Source: an uncultured Candidatus Saccharibacteria bacterium (GTDB lineage Bacteria > Patescibacteriota > Minisyncoccia > Phycocordibacterales > UBA918). Taken from it: DNA of 64,000 nt. The notes under the pieces are model-generated. The model was not told where the DNA came from and searched no databases. It saw only the letters and a program-made list of their open reading frames with translations. Shown piece by piece: positions 1 to 9,901 of this stretch. The position numbers were made by a program, and so were the translations under genes. Numbering within the stretch: the first letter of the stretch is position 1; each line of letters starts with the position of its first letter. Location of the stretch: the NCBI GenBank assembly GCA_964593375.1, contig CAZQIF010000001.1, positions 6,405 through 70,404 of the forward strand, read 5' to 3'.

Positions 1-635
<635 letters not shown>

Positions 636-637
636 TT

Positions 638-889
638 ATGGCAGAGCAAGCAACATTTACCCTCACCATAACAAACGTTGATTCACCACTTTTTGATGGT
701 GCAGTTGTTTCGATTACGGTACCCGCGAGTGAAGGCGAGATGACGATACTTGCACACCACGAACCAACCGTTACGCTTCTTAAAAATGGTACCGTCACTG
801 TCCGCGTAAATGATACTGATCATAGAACATTCGATGTAGTAAACGGCGTACTTGAAGTAAGTAATAACCACGCAATAGTGCTACTATAA
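638..889 (+). CDS. atpC: ATP synthase epsilon subunit, short form (beta-sandwich only)
   Basis: Follows atpD; VPASEGEMTILAHHEP and NGVLEV motifs; 83 aa with no C-terminal helical hairpin. Confidence 0.9.
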   Translation: MAEQATFTLTITNVDSPLFDGAVVSITVPASEGEMTILAHHEPTVTLLKNGTVTVRVNDTDHRTFDVVNGVLEVSNNHAIVLL

Positions 890-1004
890 AAAAAGCGCCG
901 CATGTTTCTAACCGCGGCGCTTGTAGGGTTAATTCCCACCAGGGAGAGAGGTGAGATGACCCAGACAGGAATCTATATAATAGCACGAATTCTTAAATAA
1001 GCAA
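888..1004 (-). ncRNA. Candidate small RNA convergent on atpC
   Basis: Minus-strand TTGCTT-16-TATTAT promoter (1004-977), CU-rich hairpin, then GC hairpin plus U-run at 888-922. Confidence 0.35.
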
Positions 1005-1035
1005 GTCATTAATTAATGTAATAAATACTAACTAT

Positions 1036-1329
1036 ATGTTCGGAAAAGCAAAAAATTTCATGATGAAGAAGCTACTTGAGCGCCAGCTCAAGAACGCTCC
1101 ACCAGAACAGCGCGAAATGATATTGACTATGTTGGACAAGAACCCAGCGCTTTTTGAAAAAATTGCACTCGAAATGCAAGCTGAAATGAAGGGTGGAAAA
1201 GACCAAATGGCTGCCGCTATGAGAGTACTGCCAAAGTATCAATCAGAACTACAAGCAGCGCTTGGAGACAAAATGCCGACGAAGGGAAGTGGTGCCCAGT
1301 TCAACCCAAATGGTTCAATTCACAGATAG
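1036..1329 (+). CDS. Hypothetical helical protein, 97 aa
   Basis: Clean ORF with protein-like composition, AACTAT-ATG context. Confidence 0.8.
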   Translation: MFGKAKNFMMKKLLERQLKNAPPEQREMILTMLDKNPALFEKIALEMQAEMKGGKDQMAAAMRVLPKYQSELQAALGDKMPTKGSGAQFNPNGSIHR

Positions 1330-1369
1330 GGGTTACTTAAATTTTTAATTTAAGTCTCTGTAAATTGAA

Positions 1370-1602
1370 AGTCGGACTGAGAGCTTTGCTCGAAGGAGAC
1401 CGGTGAGGAAGTTCTTAGCGAGTGAAGCGAGCTTAGAAACTTGACCCCGATTCATCGATAGGGCACAAAGCATCAGCACCAACACGAAAGTGTTAGTGCT
1501 GTTATGATTTTGTAGTCCTAAGATGGACTCCAAGGCGGAGCCGGGGCCCCTTTGGGCCGGCGAGCCAGGATAGCTAAAACAATATGGAATATTGTTTTAG
1601 GC
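1370..1602. repeat. Multi-hairpin non-coding element (REP/MITE-like or ncRNA)
   Basis: Stems GCTTTGCTC/GGGCACAAAGC, AAGTTCTTAGC/GCTTAGAAACTT, CAGCACCAACAC-GAAA-GTGTTAGTGCTG, CTAAAACAATAT/ATATTGTTTTAG. Confidence 0.55.
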
Positions 1603-1719
1603 TTAGTATTTTGAATGTATGAAAAATACTTAGTGAATTGCGTCGATTCATCGTTAGACCAGAAAATATATATAAATGAAACCCGCGATTGCTCGCGGGT
1701 TTTTTCGAATACTCAGCGT

Positions 1720-2079
1720 CTACGCGCTGTAGTACATCGAGCTTGGCCTGAATTTTCTATTCTGAATATCAACAGAGCCGAGCCTAAGGACACGAATGTC
1801 CATCGTTCCATTTTCATCAGTGACTGTCTCGAAAACTTCGTATTTCTGGCCAGTTTGCTGAAACTTGCTACGTGCGTGATCGATAAGTGTGCGGACATCA
1901 GTCACAACACAATCATCGATTATCACTTGGACTTCTTTCTTGTCTACAAGCAAGTATCCTTTGCATCCGGATTTGTACGGTACATGTTCTTTGTCGCTCG
2001 CAAATGCACTTCCGAAACACATCGTAATCTCCCGAAACGTTTGAAGCCAGCTCTCCCGTAGATCTGGCAGAACAAGCAT
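1720..2079 (-). CDS. Hypothetical protein (ORF can extend to 2151)
   Basis: SD-like GAGGAA before ATG at 2079; hairpin terminator at 1680-1704. Confidence 0.55.
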   Translation of the reverse strand: MLVLPDLRESWLQTFREITMCFGSAFASDKEHVPYKSGCKGYLLVDKKEVQVIIDDCVVTDVRTLIDHARSKFQQTGQKYEVFETVTDENGTMDIRVLRLGSVDIQNRKFRPSSMYYSA

Positions 2080-2203
2080 ATTCCTCAATTTGTCCAATGT
2101 CAATCGTATCGATGTCTGTCTATGTGAATATTGTTGGAATGTTTTTAACATATCAAAAACTAGTTACATGACACATATGATAATATCTAGGTAACAATAA
2201 CTT

Positions 2204-2779
2204 ATGAAAAAAATTCTCGTTGTACTTGGACATCCGAATACTGACACCTATTCTGGGAGACTTGCAACTGCATATGAATTATCTGCACGTAATGCTGGAA
2301 ATGAGGTTGAACGTATTAATATTGCTGACCTTCATTTCGACCCAAACTTACACATGGGGTATAAGGTAATTCAAGAACTTGAACCAGACCTCAAGATGGT
2401 ACAGGAAAAAATATTGTGGGCAGATCATATCGTGTTCGTGTATCCAAATTGGTGGTGTACGATGCCTGCACTCATGAAGGGAATGTTTGACCGCATGTGG
2501 CTCCCCGGATTTGCATTTAATTTTGATAAAGAAACTAAAAAGCTCGTACAGCGATTAAAAGGGAAAACAGCTCGCGTCATTATCGTTGCGGGAACACACA
2601 GCCCATTTAAAACGTGGTGGAAGTTTGGTGATTTCACCAATGAAATTGCGCACGGCATTCTTGGATTTTCAGGTATCAAGGCACGTGTGTGCGCGTTTGG
2701 ACCAACAGAGCGTGTTCTTCCTAAAAAGCTCGACGAGTGGGCCATTAAAGTTGAAAAACTTGGAGCAAAAGCTCTCTAA
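2204..2779 (+). CDS. NAD(P)H-dependent oxidoreductase, flavodoxin-2 (MdaB/NQO) family
   Basis: KILVVLGHP...ADHIVFVYPNWWCTMPALMKGMFDR motifs. Confidence 0.93.
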   Translation: MKKILVVLGHPNTDTYSGRLATAYELSARNAGNEVERINIADLHFDPNLHMGYKVIQELEPDLKMVQEKILWADHIVFVYPNWWCTMPALMKGMFDRMWLPGFAFNFDKETKKLVQRLKGKTARVIIVAGTHSPFKTWWKFGDFTNEIAHGILGFSGIKARVCAFGPTERVLPKKLDEWAIKVEKLGAKAL

Positions 2780-2840
2780 ACTCAGAAACTCAATAACAAA
2801 AGAATCACTCATTCGCGAGTGGTTCTTTTGTTGATTTTGG

Positions 2841-5800
2841 TTACGAAGGCAACTTCTTATCGAGAAGTCTCTTTTCATTCCTATAGAACAGTGTTGGTAC
2901 GAGTACGAGTGTAAGAATCATCGCGAACGAAAGTCCGAACATGATTGCAAATGCGAGTGGACTCCAAAAGTCAGAGATAGTCGAAAGTGGAATCATACCA
3001 ACAACCGTTGTAATGGTCGTAAGGAATATTGGACGAAGTCTTGATACGGACGCATCAGCAACAACCTCCATGAGTGAATCACTTGGCACCATTCTTTCTC
3101 GATAATGAATCATTGAATCAAGAAGAATAATAGCGTGATTGATGATAACTCCTGCGAGTGCAATAACACCGAGAAGTGAGGTGAAGGAAAGTGCTTGACC
3201 GGTCAGAGCAAGCCCCGCAAACACACCAATGAGTGAGAGTGGAACTGCGAGGAGTAGATATATCGAGTAACGAATCGAGTTAAAAGAGAGCACCAAGATA
3301 GCAAGCATGAGGAGAAGGCCGGCGACAAACGCAAGACCCATCTCTGTAAATGACTTGTTAATGTCTTCTGCTTCACCGCCATATGAGATTCTCACTGTAG
3401 GTGGAAGCGCAAGCTCAGTAGCGCGATTTTTGAATTCAGCAACAATTTCAGCTGCAGTGACACCACTCTGTGTGTAAGCGGTTACAGTTTCAATGCGCTC
3501 CTCATCTTCATGAGCAATATTTGCATTTGCAGGTGCAAGTCGCTCTTTTACAACCGAGCCAAGGAGTACAGACTTTCCGGTTACCGAGGTAATCGACAAA
3601 TTTCTGAGTGTATCAAGGGTAACCGTTGGTGAAGCAGAAAAGTCAGTTTCATTTGGATCAAGTTCAAGCTTTACAACGATATCGGTATCTTCACCGTTTT
3701 GTGTAAAGGTTGTCGCCGTTACCCCAAACACTGCTGAACGGAGCACTTCACCAACCGCTGCGGGTGAAATTCCTGCAGCGCTTGCCTTACTCCTATCAAC
3801 CTCAAGAATAAGTTCAGTTGCATTATTTGAAGTACTGAGTGTGACGTCACGTGTACCGTTAATCGATGCTAGAATCGCTCCAGCTTTTTCAACAACAAGC
3901 GCAAGCTCATTTAGGTCAGAACCGATGAACTTAAGCGTAACCGGTGCACCGGTAGGTGGACCATTTTGCTGTTCGATTACTTTGACATCAACATTTGGAA
4001 GAATTCTGAGTGAATCCCTCAGGTCAGTTGCAATTTCATCACTCGATTCAACACGGTCAGGATTTAATGTGAGCGTTATATTTGCTTGTTTTGCTCCACT
4101 CTTACCTTCACCGGTAAATGCTGAGCCAGCTCCTGCGGTTGAGGTAAACGATTCAACATATCCTTTGTCGTAGAGAAACTCTTCAGCGGTGCGAAGAGCG
4201 AGGTCAGTTTGACCGAGCGTTGTTCCTTGTCGTGTCTCAAGTTCGACGAAAACATAGTCAACGTTTTCTGGTGGGAAGAAAATCACCTTAAGAAGACCAC
4301 TTATTGGAAGTACGAAGACGAGAAGAAAACTGAGTCCAAGTGTCCACATAAATATTTTCTGAGCTCGTGCATTGTGTAGGAAGCTAATGAGTTTAGCGCG
4401 ATACCATGCCTGAGCGCGTTTGGTATATTCATCTTGTTTTGCTTCAAATTTGTTTGAGTGGGAGTGTTTGGTGAGGTATACCGCAATGAGAGGCACCATA
4501 CCGAGGGCCACCACAATTGAGGCGATGAGCACAAATATGATAGTGAACGGAATAGACTTAATGAATTCACCAACAATACCTGAGAGGAAAAAAAGTGGCG
4601 CAAACACTGCAACGGTTGTCATTGTTCCTCCAATGAGTGGCCATGCGTATTCACGAATAGCAGCCTTTGCAGCCTCGTCTGCATTTCCATACTTCTGCAT
4701 GCGCGTATGAATCGCCTCAGTAATCACGATACCGGAATCAACGAGAATACCCACTGCAAGAATGAGTGAGAAAAGTGAAATGAAGTTAATGGTGTTGCCC
4801 GAAGCGTAGAGACCAATAAAGGCTATCACAAACGAAAGAGGAATTGAGAGCGCAGCAACAAGGGATTCTCTCCAACCAATCGTGAAGAGGAGACAAATGA
4901 CAACCAAAAGAACCGTTTCAAAACCAGACTTCACAAGTTCAGAAAGATCTTTCTTAACATTTTCACCTTGGTCATATACGACAAGCACCTGAGAAGAAGC
5001 GAGAAGACCACCATCATTTTTCATTGCCTCCATTTTGTCGAGTACCGCGCTCGACATTTCCGTAACATCAACACCGGCTCGTTTGAATATTGAAAGCGTG
5101 AACGCAGACTCAGCAAGTTCTCCGTCGACTGAAACACGAGAAATACTTGTCTCACGTTCAACACCATTCGTAACGGTCGCAACATCGCGTACGTAGACGG
5201 GCACGCTATTCATCATGCTTACTGGAATACTTTCAATTTCAGAAATTTCAGTAATTTTGCCCTCATACCGTACTGCATACTCAATATCGTCGGTGACTAC
5301 AGTACCAACGGGCAACGTAAGATTGGCGAGACCAAGTGCACGGCTTACATCACTGAGTGTGAGGCCATACGAGGTGAGTGCCGACTCCTTCACAATCACT
5401 TGTACTTGGTGAGGCCGTGTTCCTTCGATAAGGACATCAGATACACCTCGCACATTCTTAAACTCATCAGAAAGTGTTTCTGCAAGTTCGGTAAATTCAA
5501 GTGCAGGCAGGTCTGATGAAACAGAGAGCACAATAATGGGTTGATTTGCAAAATCTACTTTACTCACCATAGGGTCACGTGCATCAGCAGGAAGTTCGCC
5601 CTTTGCATTATCGACAGCATCCTTAAGGTTTTGAATAGATTTATCAATATCGGCATTTGCATCAAAGTTCACCACAATCACCGAAGCACCGTCACGTGAA
5701 GTTGAAGTCAGTGAATCAAGGTCATCAACATTTCCAATCTCTCGCTCTAACTTATTCGTAATAAGTTCCTCGATATCGAGTGCTGAGGCGCCAGGAAAAA

Positions 5801-5951
5801 TGGTCGAAACAATACCAATTGGTACGATTACTTCCGGCGCTGATTCTTTTGGAATAGCAAAAAGCGAGTAGGTACCAATACCAACAAGCGTCACCATGAG
5901 AAGCAGACTAAATTCTCGTTTACGGAGAAAGAAAAACCAAAGTGCATGCAT
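2841..5951 (-). CDS. RND efflux permease, AcrB/AcrD/AcrF family
   Basis: 1036 aa; GILVDSGIVITE, RLRPIFLTTITTVVGMIPL, two large extracytoplasmic loops. Confidence 0.96.
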   Translation of the reverse strand: MHALWFFFLRKREFSLLLMVTLVGIGTYSLFAIPKESAPEVIVPIGIVSTIFPGASALDIEELITNKLEREIGNVDDLDSLTSTSRDGASVIVVNFDANADIDKSIQNLKDAVDNAKGELPADARDPMVSKVDFANQPIIVLSVSSDLPALEFTELAETLSDEFKNVRGVSDVLIEGTRPHQVQVIVKESALTSYGLTLSDVSRALGLANLTLPVGTVVTDDIEYAVRYEGKITEISEIESIPVSMMNSVPVYVRDVATVTNGVERETSISRVSVDGELAESAFTLSIFKRAGVDVTEMSSAVLDKMEAMKNDGGLLASSQVLVVYDQGENVKKDLSELVKSGFETVLLVVICLLFTIGWRESLVAALSIPLSFVIAFIGLYASGNTINFISLFSLILAVGILVDSGIVITEAIHTRMQKYGNADEAAKAAIREYAWPLIGGTMTTVAVFAPLFFLSGIVGEFIKSIPFTIIFVLIASIVVALGMVPLIAVYLTKHSHSNKFEAKQDEYTKRAQAWYRAKLISFLHNARAQKIFMWTLGLSFLLVFVLPISGLLKVIFFPPENVDYVFVELETRQGTTLGQTDLALRTAEEFLYDKGYVESFTSTAGAGSAFTGEGKSGAKQANITLTLNPDRVESSDEIATDLRDSLRILPNVDVKVIEQQNGPPTGAPVTLKFIGSDLNELALVVEKAGAILASINGTRDVTLSTSNNATELILEVDRSKASAAGISPAAVGEVLRSAVFGVTATTFTQNGEDTDIVVKLELDPNETDFSASPTVTLDTLRNLSITSVTGKSVLLGSVVKERLAPANANIAHEDEERIETVTAYTQSGVTAAEIVAEFKNRATELALPPTVRISYGGEAEDINKSFTEMGLAFVAGLLLMLAILVLSFNSIRYSIYLLLAVPLSLIGVFAGLALTGQALSFTSLLGVIALAGVIINHAIILLDSMIHYRERMVPSDSLMEVVADASVSRLRPIFLTTITTVVGMIPLSTISDFWSPLAFAIMFGLSFAMILTLVLVPTLFYRNEKRLLDKKLPS

Positions 5952-5952
5952 A

Positions 5953-7458
5953 TTAGTTTTGTGTTACTGATACTTTGTCACCTTCCTTGAGTCCGCGGGC
6001 ATCGGTAATGATTCGACTGTCTGAAGTCAGTCCGTCGGTAATAAGTACTGAATCACCAGTGATGCTTCCCAGTGTAACGGGGTATGCAACAAGCGTTCCA
6101 TCGTCGCTTACACCAAAGGCAACAGACACTGAAGCAAGAAGCTTCAGTGCTTTAAGTGGTACGACAATAGTAGCATCTCCAGTAGCTTCCTTCGTAGGTG
6201 CAAATACAACCGAAACAGTGCTCCCGTTCTTAAGTGTCAGTGATTCATCAACACTTATTTTTACCTCACTCTTTCCTGTAAGAGGATCAATTGCAGGTGC
6301 AATTTGAGAAATGGTTCCCGTAGCGGAGTTGTTTATGAATACAGTGTCTCCAATATGCACACGTGCAAGGTCCTTTTCGCCGAGCGCGGTACTAACCTCA
6401 AGTGCACCATTGTTTGCAACAATGGCTGCAGGCTGTCCGGGGTTTATATACTCTCCTGTTGTTACGTAAAGGGCATTTACCACACCACCGATAGGAGTGC
6501 GTACGAGTGTTTTCTCGTAGGTAACTTGTGCACCGCGGAGTGTACCAAGTGCACCTTTGAGAAGTGCACTTGATTGTGACACGGTATCAGATGAAGATGA
6601 GAGTACAGCCTGATCGTATCTGAGTCTTGCTCCAGAAATAGAAGCAAGTGCTCCATCGAGTGATGCACGTGCTCCAGCTAGCCGAGACTGATATTCTTCA
6701 ACTTCTGATTCTGAAAATTGTTCAGTAGATTTCTTATCTGTTAGAGCAAGAGCAAAAGCTGCTGTTAGATTACCTACATCAGTCACAACAAGTTCAGCAT
6801 AAGCAAGCATTTCTGATTCACTTATCTGTATAGAATTGTCGAGAATATCTTCAGACCAATTATCTAACTTAATCTCAATATCCTCACGCTTGCTATTAAA
6901 CTCAGGGGCTTTTCCTGTCCCTCCAAGTTTAAAATATACAACTGTCTCTGTAGGTCTCGAATAGAATTCATCGATTAAATTCCTTACTACATTCTCTACT
7001 GTCGAAAAAGTATCTTTGTAGGTGTTGCGCACACCTACTTTGGCTTCATCAAGACTTGAACCACTCTGGAGAGAGCTCGCAAGAGCAGATTCGTACGCTG
7101 CTTCAGCTTGGAGAAGCTGTGCACGTTCGCGAGCATTATCAATCGAAGCAAGTACGGTACCCGCACTAACTCTATCTCCAATTTTCACGTTCACCGAAGT
7201 GATTCTACCACCCGCTTCAGCTTGGAGTGTTGCTTCAGAGATGGCTCGTACGGTTCCTACGACAGAGAAGCCCCCACTTGAGCTGAATGATGAAACACTT
7301 TGTAGTGTCACCATAGGAAGTATCTCGGCGGTCTCACTCTGATTTTCATCAGAACCACTGAGTACAAAGTACAGTGCTACAACTACGAGTAAAACGAGTA
7401 CAGAAAGTACTCCGATGACAACACGTTTCCCATACCAACTATAAAGACGGTTTAACAT
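5953..7458 (-). CDS. RND efflux membrane-fusion (adaptor) subunit
   Basis: N-terminal TM, lipoyl halves GGRITSVNVKIGDRV and RTPIGGVV, long coiled coil; upstream of RND permease. Confidence 0.92.
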   Translation of the reverse strand: MLNRLYSWYGKRVVIGVLSVLVLLVVVALYFVLSGSDENQSETAEILPMVTLQSVSSFSSSGGFSVVGTVRAISEATLQAEAGGRITSVNVKIGDRVSAGTVLASIDNARERAQLLQAEAAYESALASSLQSGSSLDEAKVGVRNTYKDTFSTVENVVRNLIDEFYSRPTETVVYFKLGGTGKAPEFNSKREDIEIKLDNWSEDILDNSIQISESEMLAYAELVVTDVGNLTAAFALALTDKKSTEQFSESEVEEYQSRLAGARASLDGALASISGARLRYDQAVLSSSSDTVSQSSALLKGALGTLRGAQVTYEKTLVRTPIGGVVNALYVTTGEYINPGQPAAIVANNGALEVSTALGEKDLARVHIGDTVFINNSATGTISQIAPAIDPLTGKSEVKISVDESLTLKNGSTVSVVFAPTKEATGDATIVVPLKALKLLASVSVAFGVSDDGTLVAYPVTLGSITGDSVLITDGLTSDSRIITDARGLKEGDKVSVTQN

Positions 7459-7719
7459 AATACCTGCGCAAATTAAGCTATTTAGAACTAAGACAGCTAC
7501 AATACAACATAATACACACTTTGTCTATATCGAGGAGGTCACAGCAGTACAAATTATACGGCTTCATAAATATGTAAATCTTCAACATCACTTGGGGCTT
7601 GGATTGTGATGAATTCGAGTATATAAGTGTAAACAATTTCAACAGCTTTCAAATTATATAAACCGCTGTCATTTAAGGATTATAGCGGGTCATCATACAC
7701 CACCACATCTGATGCGCCG

Positions 7720-7745
7720 TGAAAGAAACTACCATAATATGCGTA
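7720..7745 (+). promoter_or_regulatory. ECF sigma promoter (autoregulatory)
   Basis: TGAAAG-N16-CGTA, resembling the B. subtilis SigW consensus TGAAAC-N16-CGTA; repeated at 9239-9264. Confidence 0.65.
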
Positions 7746-7767
7746 GTAGTAATAGAATACTCTTTGA

Positions 7768-8346
7768 ATGGACGGAGCAACAGAACAAACCGATGAACAA
7801 CTTGTCGCGCTGTCATTAAAAGACAAGGAGGCTTTTGGACTACTCATCAATCGATATGATGCACCACTTTCAAGATATATCAGGCGACTAGGAGCTCATG
7901 ACGATGAAGATATACTCGACATTCTCCAAGAGACCTTTATTAAGGTGTACAGAAATCTCAATGAGTTTGATACCTCGCTTAAGTTCTCATCATGGATTTA
8001 CCGTATTGCACACAACGAAGCTATTAGTTGGTTTCGTAAAAAGCATGTTCGACCCGAAGGACATTTGGTCCACGATAGTGAGGCAGTTATCGAACTTTCG
8101 CACAGTGAAGAGTGGGGAAGTGAATATCACTTTGATACATCACTCAGTGCTGATGTTCTCAATACTGCAATTGAACAATTGAGCGACAAATATCGCGAGG
8201 TAGTCATTCTTCGTTTTTTTGAGCATAAAGAATATGATGAAATTTCTGACATTCTTAAAATACCAATTGGTTCCGTTGGCACACTTGTACATCGAGCAAA
8301 AAAAGAAATTAAGAAGAACATCGACCGAGAAAAAATTCATATATGA
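7768..8346 (+). CDS. ECF RNA polymerase sigma factor (sigma-70 group 4)
   Basis: DILQETFIKVY...FSSWIYRIAHN (region 2); YDEISDILKIPIGSVGTLVHRAK (region 4). Confidence 0.95.
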   Translation: MDGATEQTDEQLVALSLKDKEAFGLLINRYDAPLSRYIRRLGAHDDEDILDILQETFIKVYRNLNEFDTSLKFSSWIYRIAHNEAISWFRKKHVRPEGHLVHDSEAVIELSHSEEWGSEYHFDTSLSADVLNTAIEQLSDKYREVVILRFFEHKEYDEISDILKIPIGSVGTLVHRAKKEIKKNIDREKIHI

Positions 8347-9251
8347 ATACGATTACATCACCACAGAATAATGACACGCTCAAAAAAGAAGTACTTGAGC
8401 GAATTGTACGTGAGGAAATTACGCCGGTTTCTAAGACACTCTTTGCGCTTAAAAATATTCTATTCTGGACACTGTGGATATTAACGATGCTTCTTGGAGC
8501 ACTCGCCGTTGCGGTGCTCATTTTTACCGAACTCAATATTGGGTGGGAGTTCTATGAGATGACACACAAGAACGCACTTACGTTTTTTGCACATTCACTG
8601 CCGTATCTTTGGATACTCCTTTTGGGGGCGGTGGTAATTCTTGGCATCTACAACCTTCGACATACAAAAACAGGATATCGCTACTCACTAGTTGTCGTAG
8701 TGCTTGTGGGTGTCTGTGGAAGTGTTCTCGGAGGAGTAGTCCTTCATAGCTACGGAATGGGTAAAGTACTCGATGAGGGATTTGGAAAATTTATGCCCAT
8801 GTATGTACCGGTGCGAAGTGAACGAGAAGGTTTTTGGAGACAGCCTGAACGAGGACTATACACCGGCACGATAACAGCGCTCGACAATGAGCAGATGGTT
8901 ATGACACTTGTTTCAACTGATGGGATTACCCATGTCCTTAGTACAGCATATGTACCTCAAACTCAGCTTTCAGAAATTGAAGTAAACACTCGCGTACGAA
9001 TCATGGCAACATCGAGTGATGAAGATGAGAGCATCTTTGTGTGCCGAATTCATGAATGGGAGGATGACGAGGCGCTGACATTTGGTGATATGCATGAACG
9101 TAGACAGATGTTTCGAGATGTATTTGAGAACATTGAAGAGCGAATTGAAGGAGAAGTACCAGAGGTCACTCCTTGTACACCACTTAAACAGGGCGGGGGT
9201 ATGAAAATGAACCGCCCACCTATGCCTGTACTTCCACCTGAAATAAATTAA
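8343..9251 (+). CDS. Membrane protein, probable anti-sigma factor
   Basis: Overlaps the sigma stop codon (ATGA); three TM segments plus an extracellular domain. Confidence 0.65.
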   Translation: MNTITSPQNNDTLKKEVLERIVREEITPVSKTLFALKNILFWTLWILTMLLGALAVAVLIFTELNIGWEFYEMTHKNALTFFAHSLPYLWILLLGAVVILGIYNLRHTKTGYRYSLVVVVLVGVCGSVLGGVVLHSYGMGKVLDEGFGKFMPMYVPVRSEREGFWRQPERGLYTGTITALDNEQMVMTLVSTDGITHVLSTAYVPQTQLSEIEVNTRVRIMATSSDEDESIFVCRIHEWEDDEALTFGDMHERRQMFRDVFENIEERIEGEVPEVTPCTPLKQGGGMKMNRPPMPVLPPEIN

Positions 9252-9264
9252 ATGTTCATGCGTA
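9239..9264 (+). promoter_or_regulatory. Second ECF sigma promoter
   Basis: TGAAAT-N16-CGTA; shares ATGCGTAGTA with the 7720 copy. Confidence 0.65.
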
Positions 9265-9312
9265 GTAATAGATGCAGGAGAATGAGCTCCTGCATTCATT
9301 CTTTAAATTACT

Positions 9313-9825
9313 ATGACAACATTTACACAAGATCAAAAACTCGCATTACTCGTAGTTCCCGTGCTCCTTTTTGGGATTCTTGGTAGTAGTTACGCACTTG
9401 CATATGAAACAGACCTTACCGATGAGCAAAAGGAAGCAGTAATTGAAGCTCATGAACTTCGTCAGGCTGGAGATTTCGAGAGTGCACGAAGTATTTTAGA
9501 GAAAGCGGGAGTCAAAGATAGAGTTCTCGGTAATGGCATGGGTAGAAACGGAGTCATGCACGAAAAGCGGGAAGCAATTCGAGAAGCTGTTGAAGCAAAT
9601 GACTATGATGCATATGTAGAGGCAACTAAGGATACGCTCTTTGCAGAAACGGTTACAAAAGATATGTTCAGTACAATAGTTAAAGCACACGAGCTTCGTG
9701 AAGATGGAAAGTTTGCAGAAGCAGAAGCATTACTCGATAAAGCAGGTATTGAACGCCCAGGTCACATGATGGGTGGACGAACTGGTGGCGGTATGGGGAT
9801 GCATCGTGGCATGGGACAAAATTAG
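9313..9825 (+). CDS. Secreted helical protein with internal repeat and Gly/Met-rich tail (Spy/CpxP-like character)
   Basis: Signal peptide; duplicated AHELR..G.F..A...L.KAG motif. Confidence 0.75.
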   Translation: MTTFTQDQKLALLVVPVLLFGILGSSYALAYETDLTDEQKEAVIEAHELRQAGDFESARSILEKAGVKDRVLGNGMGRNGVMHEKREAIREAVEANDYDAYVEATKDTLFAETVTKDMFSTIVKAHELREDGKFAEAEALLDKAGIERPGHMMGGRTGGGMGMHRGMGQN

Positions 9826-9854
9826 TCTTTCAAGACCAGATTGATACAGAATTC

Positions 9855-9883
9855 AAACCGGCGCGCCAAAGTGCGCCGGTTTT
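9855..9883 (+). terminator. Intrinsic terminator
   Basis: AAACCGGCGC...GCGCCGGTTTT. Confidence 0.75.
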
Positions 9884-9901
9884 GTGTAGTATGATATACA
9901 A

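Noticed and set aside
1370-1602. RNase P RNA, tmRNA or SRP RNA
   Set aside because: Has GAGGAAGTT rather than GAGGAAAGTCC; no tRNA-like ends or SRP loop motif recognised.
1615-2061. 148-aa plus-strand ORF
   Set aside because: Shadow of the minus-strand gene that has an SD and terminator; it also runs through a terminator hairpin.
3841-7342. Antisense ORFs inside the RND genes (and similar ones inside typA, leuS and the M16 genes)
   Set aside because: Typical shadow frames of long coding sequences with no independent signals.
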